In this document: one piece after another, positions 36,473 to 48,006 of the stretch | Position numbering within the stretch: the first letter of the stretch is position 1 | How the letters are laid out: every line of letters starts with the position of its first letter | Assembly: GCA_024704765.1 (NCBI GenBank) | Contig: JAKMXF010000301.1 | Span: forward strand, 1-64,000 | Reading direction: 5' to 3' | Length of the DNA stretch: 64,000 bases | DNA from: Oopsacas minuta | Taxonomy: Eukaryota > Animalia > Porifera | Made by a program: the position numbers and the translations under genes | Notes under the pieces: generated by a model | What the model saw: the letters and a program-made list of their open reading frames with translations, nothing else | What the model was told of the DNA's origin: nothing | The model's database searches: none

Positions 36473-38446
36473 CTAAAATAAATACAAATAGTTATCCAAA
36501 TGTATCACATATTTTGTTATTGAACGAGTATGAACAGAAAAGTAATGTATAAAGAAGTACAGAAAAATGGCTAAAAATAGAATCAAAATTGGGGAGCATC
36601 ATGTTGTGATAAAACATGACTTTATAAACATAAATCTATATGAAAAGTGATGTATATTGATAGGTATCACTATTTTAGACATAAAATACATAAATGATTT
36701 GTAGCCAAATTGATCAAAATAGGTTCGAACGCTTATGCGTATTCAGGACTTCAGTACTACCTGGGAAAGGTTTTGAATTGGAAAGTAAAGGATTACTTCT
36801 CTGGACCCATTAAACCAGCTGATCCCGTGACATAAGGGTAAATCATGCCAAAGTGGTCAAAAATACTTGAGATATTTAAGTTTCAAAACTGGTTAGTTTA
36901 AGTGGAGTCTCTATTAGATTTGTACTAAGCACACAAATTTAATGAATTTTCCAATCCATTCTAATTATAGTAACGCATAACATATACTGCAATATTAAGT
37001 GTTTGATATCAGTTGACTCATTATGAATCCCTCAATCAATTAGGGAATATGCAAAGTAATTTCAATTATGTCATAGCATATAGTTGGAAGTCCGACAAAA
37101 CGTTCCACGACAAAATGTTCCACGACAAAATGTTCCAGCGACAAAACGTTCCACGACAAAACGTTCCACGACATTTCGCTCCACTTTTGATTGGTCAATG
37201 TTTATTAATAATTTAACAGGTTTTAAATGGCTAAATAATTGAACTAATTTCTTGTCTGAATTCGTTTGGTTAATTCTATCTTAAATAAAATTGGTTTACC
37301 AGTTGCTGTGTAGAATTTGCTAAATAGATTAACTAAATAGCTTATATAGATTCATTTAGATTGTGGTCGAAAATATACATAGTATATTATTAGAGGATGA
37401 CATATATAATATTATGTAGTAGTTATTACAAACTGGTATAGCGTCAAGAGCAGTTGGCTAGATCTTATTGCATTTGTTTCAAACAATTTTAGCGTCCTGG
37501 CGGATTCAGTGCTAAAACCTGTTTTTCGGAGCCCGCTTATTTGTCCCGGTTGAATTCCAAATTTCCAATAGACATTAACATTAATTTATTTCAGAATTAC
37601 AGACACCCCATAATTCCGACTTCCAGCCATTTATTAGCACCAAATTATATTGATAACCCCGAAATTACGGCCATTTACCTGAATCCAAGGGTGACCGTAA
37701 TTCAGATGTTCCACTGTATATATATATGTGTGTGTGTGTTCACTTGAAATTACTTGCTTGTTGACACCTTTGGACTTTGGAGGGGTTAAGACCAGATTTA
37801 GCATGTATACTCGCAATGAGATCTAGATGTGCACGGTTATCGAAGTGCTGTGCAGCACGCCCTGTGTTGGTTTTGCCCCTTTGACTAAAAGCATTGTTTA
37901 TTGATTATATATGTATACCGCCCACCGGCACCACATACGATGCAACTAAGCTGCGTCTTGTAATGTTTGCTTTATTTATGTTCGCAATATTTTATATAAA
38001 CGAGCGAGTTTCGCTTGCGGTTTACGATCACGCTATTAGGGGGAAACCAGGCCTGACTCAGCCAATGTAGAGATGGCCAATTAGAAATGTTTTAAGTTCA
38101 TATTTCATTGCTTTTGTCGAGATTACTGAACCAAAGCTCTTTATAAATCCTAGTTTCCCAGTTTAAATATGACTACTTGTATTATTAATAAGTAACTTAC
38201 AAGAAATATAATTGAATAATTAAACATTAATCTAATAACAATAGGAAACAAAACAAAACAAATAGAAACTAAAAACTAAACTATGTTCTACTTGGGTGCA
38301 GCTACCACATCTCGACCACTGTCCACTTCAATTGGTAGCTGCACCGTCAGGAATTATTGAAATGCGGAGAGAGGTAGGAGAGAGGAGATTTAACACATTG
38401 GCATGGAGAGAGAGGGAAAGAGAAAGCAAGGGTTCATACGAAGGGA

Positions 38447-39640
38447 ATGGAGATAGTGAAGCGTACGAATGAGCATCTGCATGCACCTGATGTGCAGGCT
38501 ACGGCCTGCTGTGAGATAAAGGCCGGCATCAAGAGGAAAGCACGAGACACACAGGATAGCTCACACCAGATAATCGGTGAGAGTATGCTAACAGCATCAG
38601 AGGGTACTGCTGCTAAACTACCTAAGCTGGACAGCCTGAAGCGGACGATACAGCGTCAGCGTGCAAGTGTATTATCAGCTCCAGTGCAGCCTACCGCCCT
38701 AGCAGAGTTGGTTCTACCTGCAGAATACCAGCGGACAGCCAAGGGGGAACAGTTCCTACTCTATGACTCTGGGGAAGACGATGTACATAGATTCCTCATC
38801 TTCGGGACACAACGCAACCTCGGGATGCTACAGCAAAGCAAGATCTGGCTAGCTGATGGCACCTTCAAGACGGCGCCTCCCCTCTTCGCCCAGGTGTATG
38901 TGGTGCATGGACTCCGAGGAGGAGACGATCCTATGAAGACTGGTCATCTGTTGCCGAGTCTGTTCGTGCTGCTGCCCAACAAGACAGAGGATACCTACCG
39001 TAGGATGTGGGAGCAGATCCGCATACTCTGTCCTCTCGCCCAGCCTGAACAGATGCTCCTGGACTTTGAGAAGGGCGCAATTAACAGCTTTGAGCATGTC
39101 TGGCCTAACACAGTGGTGAAGTGCTGCTTCTTCCACCTCACACAGAATATCTGGCGCCATGTGCAGTCTGTAGGGCTGCAGTCTGACTACACACATGACG
39201 AAGAGCTGGCCATGCGCATCCGGAAGATACCAGCCCTTGCATTCGCCCGACCAGCAGACGTACCCGATCTGTTTGAGCAAGTGTCAATGGACCTCCCCCT
39301 TACGTCTGAGATAGGCGAGCTAGTCGACTACTTTGAGAGGACGTATATCGGTCGCACGCTAGCCACTGGACACCATGTAGCGGCGACGTTCCCCATTGGC
39401 CTGTGGAACTACCACTTCAGCACGCCCTTCGGACTCCCCCGTACAACCAACGCCGTAGAGGCATGGCACCGCAGCTTCAATGCCACTGTCGGCTGCCATC
39501 ACCCCACTATATGGAAGTTCCTCCTAGCCCTCAAGCGTGAGCAGGGCCTAGTGGAGGTGCGGCAGACTAACTACCTTGCTGGGAAGCCGCCAACCAAGCG
39601 GAGGAGGTCCCAACAGAGTGAACAAGCATTGAGGATCTAG
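38447..39640 (+). pseudogene. MULE transposase copy 1 (5'-truncated, degenerate 3' end)
   Basis: DDE motifs LADGTFKTAP, LLDFEKG, CCFFHL, RTTNAVEAWH. Lacks most of the N-terminal FLYWCH region. Confidence 0.92.
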
Positions 39641-39785
39641 TTGGAGAATATATCCACCAGACCATACTAAGACGAAGTTCCATACAAGTGTAGACACCAT
39701 CTCAGCCTGAGAACGGATGTTAATCTTCCGTATTATCTATCCCTCAAATAAATTTGATTTTGAGATAATACTTTAGATTAACATG

Positions 39786-41227
39786 TTAATCCGCTCCTAA
39801 ACCGAAATGATGTGCTACACCCTGCAAGAACTCCATCTTAGTACGATTTGGTGAATAATATTCTCCAACTAGAGTCCTCAATGCTTGTTCACTCTGTTGG
39901 GACCTCCTCCGCTTGGTTGGCGGCTTCCCAGCAAGGTAGTTAGTCTGCCGCACCTCCACTAGGCCCTGCTCACGCTTGAGGGCTAGGAGGAACTTCCATA
40001 TAGTGGGGTGATGGCAGCCGACAGTGGCATTGAAGCTGCGGTGCCATGCCTCTACGGCGTTGGTTGTACGGGGGAGTCCGAAGGGCATGCCGAAGTGGTA
40101 GTTCCACAGGCCAATGGGGAACGTCGCCGCTACATGGTGTCCAGTGGCTAGCGTGCGACCGATATACGTCCTCTCAAAGTAGTCGACTAGCTCGCCTATC
40201 TCAGACGTAAGGGGGAGGTCCATTGACACTTGCTCAAACAGATCGGGTACGTCTGCTGGTCGGGCGAATGCAAGGGCTGGTATCTTCCGGATGCGCATGG
40301 CCAGCTCTTCGTCATGTGTGTAGTCAGACTGCAGCCCTACAGACTGCACATGGCGCCAGATATTCTGTGTGAGGTGGAAGAAGCAGCACTTCACCACTGT
40401 GTTAGGCCAGACATGCTCAAAGCTGTTAATTGCGCCCTTCTCAAAGTCCAGGAGCATCTGTTCAGGCTGGGCGAGAGGACAGAGTATGCGGATCTGCTCC
40501 CACATCCTACGGTAGGTATCCTCTGTCTTGTTGGGCAGCAGCACGAACAGACTCGGCAACAGATGACCAGTCTTCATAGGATCGTCTCCTCCTCGGAGTC
40601 CATGCACCACATACACCTGGGCGAAGAGGGGAGGCGCCGTCTTGAAGGTGCCATCAGCTAGCCAGATCTTGCTTTGCTGTAGCATCCCGAGGTTGCGTTG
40701 TGTCCCGAAGATGAGGAATCTATGTACATCGTCTTCCCCAGAGTCATAGAGTAGGAACTGTTCCCCCTTGGCTGTCCGCTGGTATTCTGCAGGAGAACCA
40801 ACTCTGCTAGGGCGGTAGGCTGCACTGGAGCTGATAATACACTTGCACGCTGACGCTGTATCGTCCGCTTCAGGCTGTCCAGCTTAGGTAGTTTAGCAGC
40901 AGTACCCTCTGATGCTGTTAGCATACTCTCACCGATTATCTGGTGTGAGCTATCCTGTGTGTCTCGTGCTTTCCTCTTGATGCCGGCCTTTATCTCACAG
41001 CAGGCCGTAGCCTGCACATCAGGTGCATGCAGATGCTCATTCGTACGCTTCACTATTTCCATTCCCTTCGTATAAACCCTTGCTTTACACTCTCCTCTCT
41101 GCTCACACTGCCAATGTGTCATTTCTCCAACTCTCCTATGCATCAAATATACGTATCCTCCTTCTAACATCTTTTCTCCTCCCTTGTTCGTTCTGATTAG
41201 CCTGAAGGAGGGCTGACCAGGATCCAT
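39786..41227 (-). pseudogene. MULE transposase copy 2 (FLYWCH + DDE, full length, one frameshift near 40795)
   Basis: ORFs 40658-41227 and 39786-40685. FLYWCH finger GYVY...HWQCEQRGECKAR...HLH. A 1-bp deletion relative to copy 1 (ggttctcctg vs ggttctacctg). Confidence 0.92.
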
Positions 41228-41368
41228 TGATAAAATGAGATTGTTGATTAAAAGAATATAAAAATGTGTAGCAAATAATATTTAGCTGATAATACAAGCT
41301 GAAAATAATACAATTGCAACATTTAAATAGAACTACAAAGGTGACTCCATGTTTACTGGCAAACATAC

Positions 41369-41463
41369 AATTAATTTCGCATCTTCTCCATCAAAGGAAT
41401 TAATTTCGCATCTTCTCCATCAAAAGAATTAATTTCGCATCTTCTCCATCAAAAGAATTAATT
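41369..41463. repeat. 29-bp tandem repeat x3.3
   Basis: aattaatttcgcatcttctccatcaaa(a/g)g repeated head-to-tail, upstream of the MULE transposase. Confidence 0.95.
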
Positions 41464-41934
41464 ACTACGTATGTATTTCTGATATAAATTCGTTACCTTT
41501 ACTATATATCATCTTACCTCACTTTGCTAACACAGAACTTCTATGTTTAGGTTTACGATATCAATGCTGTAACATTAGATTCTTCTGAAATCATTCATCC
41601 CAAATTAATTGATTATATTTGCAATATTATTTAGCCATTTAAAACCTATTAAGTTATTAACAAACATTGACAAATCAAAAGTGGAGCGAAATGTCGTGGA
41701 ACGTTTTGTCGTGGAACATTTTGTCGTGGAACGTTTTGTCGGTATCCGCATATAGTTTTCATATATTCCAAAACAGATTAAATATAATCAATGTTTGAAT
41801 GCCGAGTATAAATGGACAATCAAATTATAAGATTATATAATCCTTGCATAGTCTTGATTTGTAGAGTTAAAAGTTGATGTATTCAGTTGTTGTGTACCTC
41901 TCAAGAAGGCAGCAGAAGTTATGAAGCTGTAAGG

Positions 41935-44464
41935 CAGGGGTCGGCAAACTCCGGCCCGCGAGGTGATTTTATCCGGCCCTCGACTTTTTCAGAAATACTT
42001 CTACTCTTCAGGGTCTTTCAATTCTAATCCAGAATTGTTTCAGAAACACTTATAATGGCCTCTACGACAATTTGGAGGCCATATTGAAGAATGGACGAAT
42101 GGAATGAGTGTGTTAGTGATGCCACACAAATGTATTCTAACACTATCAGGATTTGATCTCAGCAAAATATTGTATATAGAATTGTAGATGAATACATATA
42201 ATTCAAGTTTCAATACTCAGATCAAATTGTCAAAATCATTGTGAATTAAATAACAGCATCAACAGCTAAAAGGCGGAAAGTAGATATTGAAATCGCGTAG
42301 TTAAGGAAAGTTGGACGGAGCAGTATTTTTTTTTATCATGCAGGGAAAATTGCCCACCTGCCTTTTATGTGCTGTATCTCTTGCTGTGATAAAGGAGTTC
42401 AATTTGAAGCGACACTACGAGACGAAGCATTCGAGAAATTTCGATTTTCTTACCGGTGCTGCGCGAAGGAGTAAGATCGAATCTCTGCAAAGGTCTTTAA
42501 CTGAGCAACAGGGTAAATTCTTACAGCATACACTGCCTGGCCAAAAGTATTGGAACACTGTTTACAACTTGTGCACAAGTGGCATTAGATGATAATATGT
42601 TGAAAGATTCTATTGGATATTCCAGAAAGTAGAACAATAGCTTGTTGTCATTCGTTTTACGATATATTTATGTTCAACATTTTTTGTAATCATCCTTAGC
42701 TCATACAACTATGGTAGAATACCCTTTGTTTCAGGTATTAATTGTGGCAGGGTGTTCCAATACTTTTGGCCAGGCAGTGTACTTCTGAGTTAAAGAATAC
42801 TACACGTACAAGTATCGCTGTTAGCGAATTCATTGGGAAACACATGAAACCTTTCACTGATGGTGAATTTATGAAGCAGTGTCTCCTAACTGTGGTTGAT
42901 AATATATGTCCAGAAAAAAGGGATCTTGTTGGTAAGATTAGTCTGTCTGCAAGAACCGTTACCCGAAAATTGAAGACTTGTCTTCAAATATAAGGACAAC
43001 GTTACAAGAGTGTGCTCAACAATTTGAATTATATGCAATTGCACTTGATGAGAGCACTGATGCGACTGATATTGCTCAGTTTGCAATTTTTGTGAGAAGA
43101 ATCAATGCAACGTTTTACATTACAGAAGAATTGGCAAGTTTGGTTTGACTAAAGGATACCACTACTGGTGAGAAATATTCCAAGGAATCATGAGTGCCTG
43201 GGCTTCAATCTAAGTAATATTTGTGGGGTACAACAGATGGTCTCAAGCTATGACCCGAAAGGTGGAGGGAACAGTTTCTTTGATGGAAAAAGAAATGAGA
43301 AATGCTGGCATTGAAAGAAAACTGGTAAAAATACATTGTATAATCCATCTCGAGGCCCTGTGCGCAAAATCTCTGAAGATTCAGGTCGTAATGCGAGTAG
43401 TCATAAAAATTGTGAGCTTTATGCGTGCAAGAGGATTATATCATCGTCAATTTCAGCATATGTTAGATGAGATGGATAACCAATATGGCGATTTGTTATA
43501 TTATTGCGAAGTGCGCTGGTTAAGTAGAGGTACAATGTTGCAAAGAGTTTACCAGTTGAGAGCTGAATTGACGAATTTATTGAGGGAAAAAGGGATGGAA
43601 GTTCCAGAGCTCATTCATGCGAAATGGGTGACAGATTTTGCCTGTCTAGTGGACATCGCTAATCATCCAAATATGCTAAATTTGAAAATTCAAGGAATGA
43701 ACCAGTCCATCAATGTCCTCTATGAACAGATTTATGCATTTGAAGTTAAGTTACAACTATGGGAGCTTCAATTGAACGAGAGTAATTGCATTCATTTCCC
43801 TACACTTCGTTCACACCAAACATGTGATATTTTGTTACGTCGAATTCATATCTGATCTCATAGATCAGTTTAACACTCGATTCGCAGATATGGATAAGCA
43901 TCGTAAGTATTTTAGCTATTTCACCGCCGTATTTGATGTTGAAATATGTGACGCCCAAGAAAATTTTCAAATGGAACTGATTGAGCTCCAAAGTTCGAGT
44001 GAACTCAGATCAAGACTTCGAGATGTACCTTTACTCGAATCCTATCAACATTGTATAACTCCTCAAAGATTTCCTTCACTAGTGAAACATGCAAAGGAGG
44101 TTGCAGTTCTCTTCGGGGGTACATACGTTTGTGAACAACTCTTCTCGAAGATGAAATAAGTAAAAAGCAAGTTGCGAACACGGTTAAGCGAAAATCACCT
44201 AGACAGTGTGCTACGATTGGCAACCTCTAACCTAAAATCAAACATAGAGGCGCTATCTAAAGTAGGGCAGCATCATCCATCACATTGTCATTAATATTTT
44301 TGTATTAGTCTAAATCTAATTATTTAATACTTGTATAATAGTGGTACTTAATTAATCGATTGATTACAAAAGTCTAACGAGTTTACGATGGCATCCCATC
44401 TAGCCCGCAGTCTTATGCAATTAGTCTATTATGGCTCGTTGGCTGGAAGTTTTGCCGCCCCCTG
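41935..44464 (+). mobile_element. hAT (Charlie/GTF2IRD2-EPM2AIP1-like) element, degenerate
   Basis: Perfect 8-bp TSD ctgtaagg. TIR caggggtcggcaaact / agttttgccgcccctg. Motifs CLLC..NLKRHYETKH, KPFTDGEF, LDESTD, HCIIH, VRWLSRG, GGTYVCEQLFSKMK. Confidence 0.93.
42531..42779. mobile_element. Tc1-type MITE nested in the hAT transposase
   Basis: TA|cactgcctggccaaaagtattggaacac...gtgttccaatacttttggccaggcagtg|TA (perfect 28-bp TIR). Removing it restores the frame FLQHTSELKN. Confidence 0.95.
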
Positions 44465-44587
44465 CTGTAAGGATTCACGTATATATTCTAGGTTAGAGTA
44501 TTTATCTTCACTTGTACTATTATCAAAGTCCATTACTATTGTTCATCGATCATAGGCATAACATTATACTTCGGAGATACAGTGTTG

Positions 44588-45036
44588 CAGAGCATTAAAA
44601 GAGCGCCCTCCAATTTTGAGGAAGGGGCCTGGAGCGCTCCATTTATGATTCAGGAGAGGAAGGTGGAAGAGTGCTCTATTTTTGGAGGGGCGCGCTCCTA
44701 TAAAATTGTAACAATATTCTGCATAATATTCAGTATTCTTGGTATAAAAAGTGGATCCTGGGACACTTTTGTATAAATCACAATTTATTGGAATGGTTTG
44801 ACGTTACATATTTAGCAATTTCCCGGATGTACAATGGTTAAATAAATTATAAAATCTCAAATTCAATCCTAATTACTTAAAATATAATCTCAGGAAATTC
44901 CAAAAGAATGAAAAGGAGAGCAATTGGAGCCGGAGCGGAGTGCAGTCCATTTCTAAGTAAGGGTTGGAAGTGGGGGCGAGCTCCCTTTTTCAGGGCAAAA
45001 GCGCGCTCCAAAAAATTAGGAGCGCTTAATGCTCTG
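44588..45036. mobile_element. hAT-type MITE
   Basis: TIR cagagcattaa / ttaatgctctg. 8-bp TSD cagtgttg/ctgtgttg (7/8). Repeated ggagcgc motifs. Confidence 0.82.
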
Positions 45037-46638
45037 CTGTGTTGTTAGTACTTTCCACCTATATGGGTCAGAGGTGGGGATTTGATACGAAAATTTTCAA
45101 ATTTCCCACCCTTAGCCCATTTCAAATTTCAATACCCTGTCTTATCTCTTATGTAGGTTACTAGGGACAAATAATCTTTAATTATGTAATGTTATAAAAT
45201 TAGATATCAAATGCTCGCACAATTTGGGGTCAATTCCCTTAAATCCTCAGTAATTACAAGGACCCGATTGGGAGAACTGTAGACAACCATCGATAGGTGC
45301 ATGAGTAAGATAATAGCGGAAATATAGAAATAGCAGCGAAAGAAACAAATAACTTATATATAGCTATATTAAGTACAGATTTTTTGTATTAGTTTCTTTA
45401 TCATCAAGGAGGTTATTTTTCGGATTGATGAAAGTCACCATTTCGAATGAGGGCACAATGCTTTTGTATTATTACGAAAAATTGTAGTATAGCTAAGCTC
45501 AATATAAGGAATCAGATTAGAAATAGCTACAAGAGGGGTAGGACAGCTGGAGTACGCCTGAAACTACTTAATTAATATATTTAAGTAGACTAAGGCCTCA
45601 AATTAACTGAGTGTCAATAGAGATTTACACAGGTGTAAGGTTTTTAAGGAACTTTTGGTGCTGTCCGTTTTAGCACTCTATATTAAGTGACATTTTAATC
45701 AGACCAGTTCATTAGGGCAGCTACTACCTAACTGGCCTCTTCAAATCCGTTCCTCCAGGTCTGATAGTGTTGCTTTTAAGTTATGAATACATGCAAGTGG
45801 GCATCATATATAAACATTGGCACTCACTTTTAGCAAGCAGAATCAAACCTGGGAGGTTACCATACGAAAATGCTGCTACTTCTATGTAAATTGACATGAA
45901 TATAGTCTCTACCTCAAAGCCTAGGGAATCCAGAGACTTCAGAACTCCTTGAGGTGCCCAAACTAGACGCCTATGTTAACATAAGTAGACTCCGCTTAAT
46001 AGGATCACATTGGTACCAGTCCATTTTGACACAATTAAGCGGAATAAAGGTGTTGGCTCGATTAACCGGAGTTATTAACAATATTTGTATGGTTCTGTTT
46101 CTGGCCAAGTGAGTCTATTTAGGGATGGCTCTATTAAGCGCAGTCTACTGTGGTTCTACTGTAGTTTACTGCGGTTCTTATAACCAAAATACAATCACCA
46201 CAAATCTCAAGTGAAAATTTCCTACAAAGCTTTCAATCGACGCTATAACTCACAATCAACGATTTAGTTGTAATTTGTGAGATTGTGGACATGGAGAAGC
46301 GATTTACACGGTATGAAATCTATAGATGGCTGGTGGAGACTGATGAATCGATTCCTCGCTCGAATAATACACGAACATTGTGTGAATTAATATTCCATTT
46401 CAAATAAATAGATTTTTGTTACTAAGAAACCAGGAGAGCCAAAATAGGGTCGGTAGGATTGGTTTTAACCCATCCTTATATTCATAGGGTTGGCTTTACC
46501 CACTCTGATTTGTTCATTGCCGAGATAAATATTGGTTGTCACTTGTCAATTACCCTACTTGCATTTATCATCAGACATGTGTTTCTAAATGTAATTGTTA
46601 TATTTTTATTAGCATTATCTATTGAGGTCATGTGACAA

Positions 46639-46900
46639 GTGTTATGGAATATAGCTAGAGCACTACTATTAAAGGATTACAATGTGGCATGGTGTCCTCA
46701 GATATCTATTTTACTCCGAATCCTATTAACATTGCTGGTAACATTAGTTGAATGTGAGCGGAATTTTTCTGCCTTAAATACACTAGAATCAGTTTTGAGG
46801 ATAACAGTAGGTCACGACTGAATGCGTGCCGTTATGATCGGTCATATTCATGAAGAAATTCTTAATGAAATATTTCAACGAAGAAATTCAATAACGGAAA
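46639..46900 (+). pseudogene. hAT C-terminal dimerisation domain fragment
   Basis: PQISILLRILLTLLVTLVECERNFSAL...LRITVGHD*...GHIH. Confidence 0.75.
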
Positions 46901-47268
46901 TAAGCGGAGGGAATTAACTTTCGTATCTGAAATTATGACTATGAAAATTTTTGGATATAATATTGATGGTTCAATAATACAGTAAGATCACATATCTACT
47001 AAATACAGAACATATCAAGGAATTATCCAGAAGCACTGGACGCTCCTCTAGGCTTATGATCTTTGAAGATAACATATTAATGACCGTAAAAATAGATGGT
47101 ATTTCCCCAATACCGACACAAATTTACTGATTTACGTATTAAATTTTACAGGTGGAATGCTAGGAGCGTACTCCCAATAACCTGTTTAACTCCGTGCATC
47201 ATGCATAGTATACTTCATGAATCATTAAAAAATATAATTAGGCGCATCGTTGCAAATTGAAACATTAC

Positions 47269-48006
47269 CTAAAGTAGATACACCCAATGCCATTCCAGAA
47301 CCAAATTTGCTAAAAAAAACAAAGAAGCCAAAAAAGATCTCTTCCATTCTTATACCCATAGATAAAAATGCAGAATCTACAACATCAGGAAGCATAGACC
47401 AAGGAACAAGATAGAAGGTTGAAACACCAGTACCCGCAATGAAAGATATGATATAATTAAATACAATAGTATGATGATCAAGAAATAACAAAATTAAGAG
47501 AGAGATTAAGACAATGGCAGATCCAAGGATTAAAGTTAATTTTTTGCTAGTTTTGAACATAAATATTTGCCATGGTAACATGGAGAAAATCATAGAGATA
47601 ACCAACAACAACAACATAAAGAAATAATCATCCTCCATTTTTAGCACGTGTTTGGAAAATAATGCAAAATTGCCTTGTAAAATTTGTACAGAAAGCCAAC
47701 TAAACATATAAATTCCAAGTAAATACAAGTAGGGCTTGTAGGTCAACGCATTATAAACCTGAAGCGGGTGGAATCTCTTTTTCGATTTAGAATTTACATT
47801 TCTTAACGGAGCAATAGGAATAATTTCTTTAGTACCAAAAAGCATGATCAAACAAGTAGAGAAAATAAGTATTGAGGTAATAACTGAACTCCAGAAATAT
47901 CCAGAATTTTCAGTAAAACCAGTTGTATTAGAGGGCATTGAATCCATTCCGCAAGTTTCAACCTTACTCTGAGAAAGAGATAAAAATATAGTATGAATTC
48001 CAACAC
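47269..48006 (-). CDS. MFSD2: MFSD2-like MFS transporter, central exon
   Basis: YKPYLYLL, QGNFALF, LVPWSMLPDVVD, EEIFFGFFVFFSKFGSGMALGVSTL, then a phase-1 GT donor (G|gtaatg at 47268). The frame is open upstream of the listed ATG to about 48006, and the exact 5' boundary is uncertain. Confidence 0.88.

Larger units (their letters stand above)
37086..41747. mobile_element. Mutator-like element (MULE) with ~165-bp TIRs, containing an inverted duplication of its transposase
   Basis: 10-bp TSD gcatatagtt (37076-37085 and 41748-41757), GG...CC termini, and TIRs built from 15-bp cgacaaaacgttcca units. Confidence 0.93.

Noticed and set aside
37091-37170. 15-bp repeat array (mirrored at about 41690-41742) as CRISPR or iterons
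   Set aside because: These are subrepeats of the MULE terminal inverted repeats.
38849-40661. Two identical 143-aa ORFs (38849-39280 minus, 40230-40661 plus) as a duplicated small gene
   Set aside because: They are antisense shadows of the GC-rich transposase frames, identical only because of the inverted duplication.
41369-41463. 29-bp repeats as a CRISPR array
   Set aside because: The units are head-to-tail with no spacers, there are no cas genes, and the context is eukaryotic and inside a MULE.
45200-46100. Possible non-LTR retrotransposon relic
   Set aside because: Translations are protein-like but no RT or endonuclease motif could be identified.
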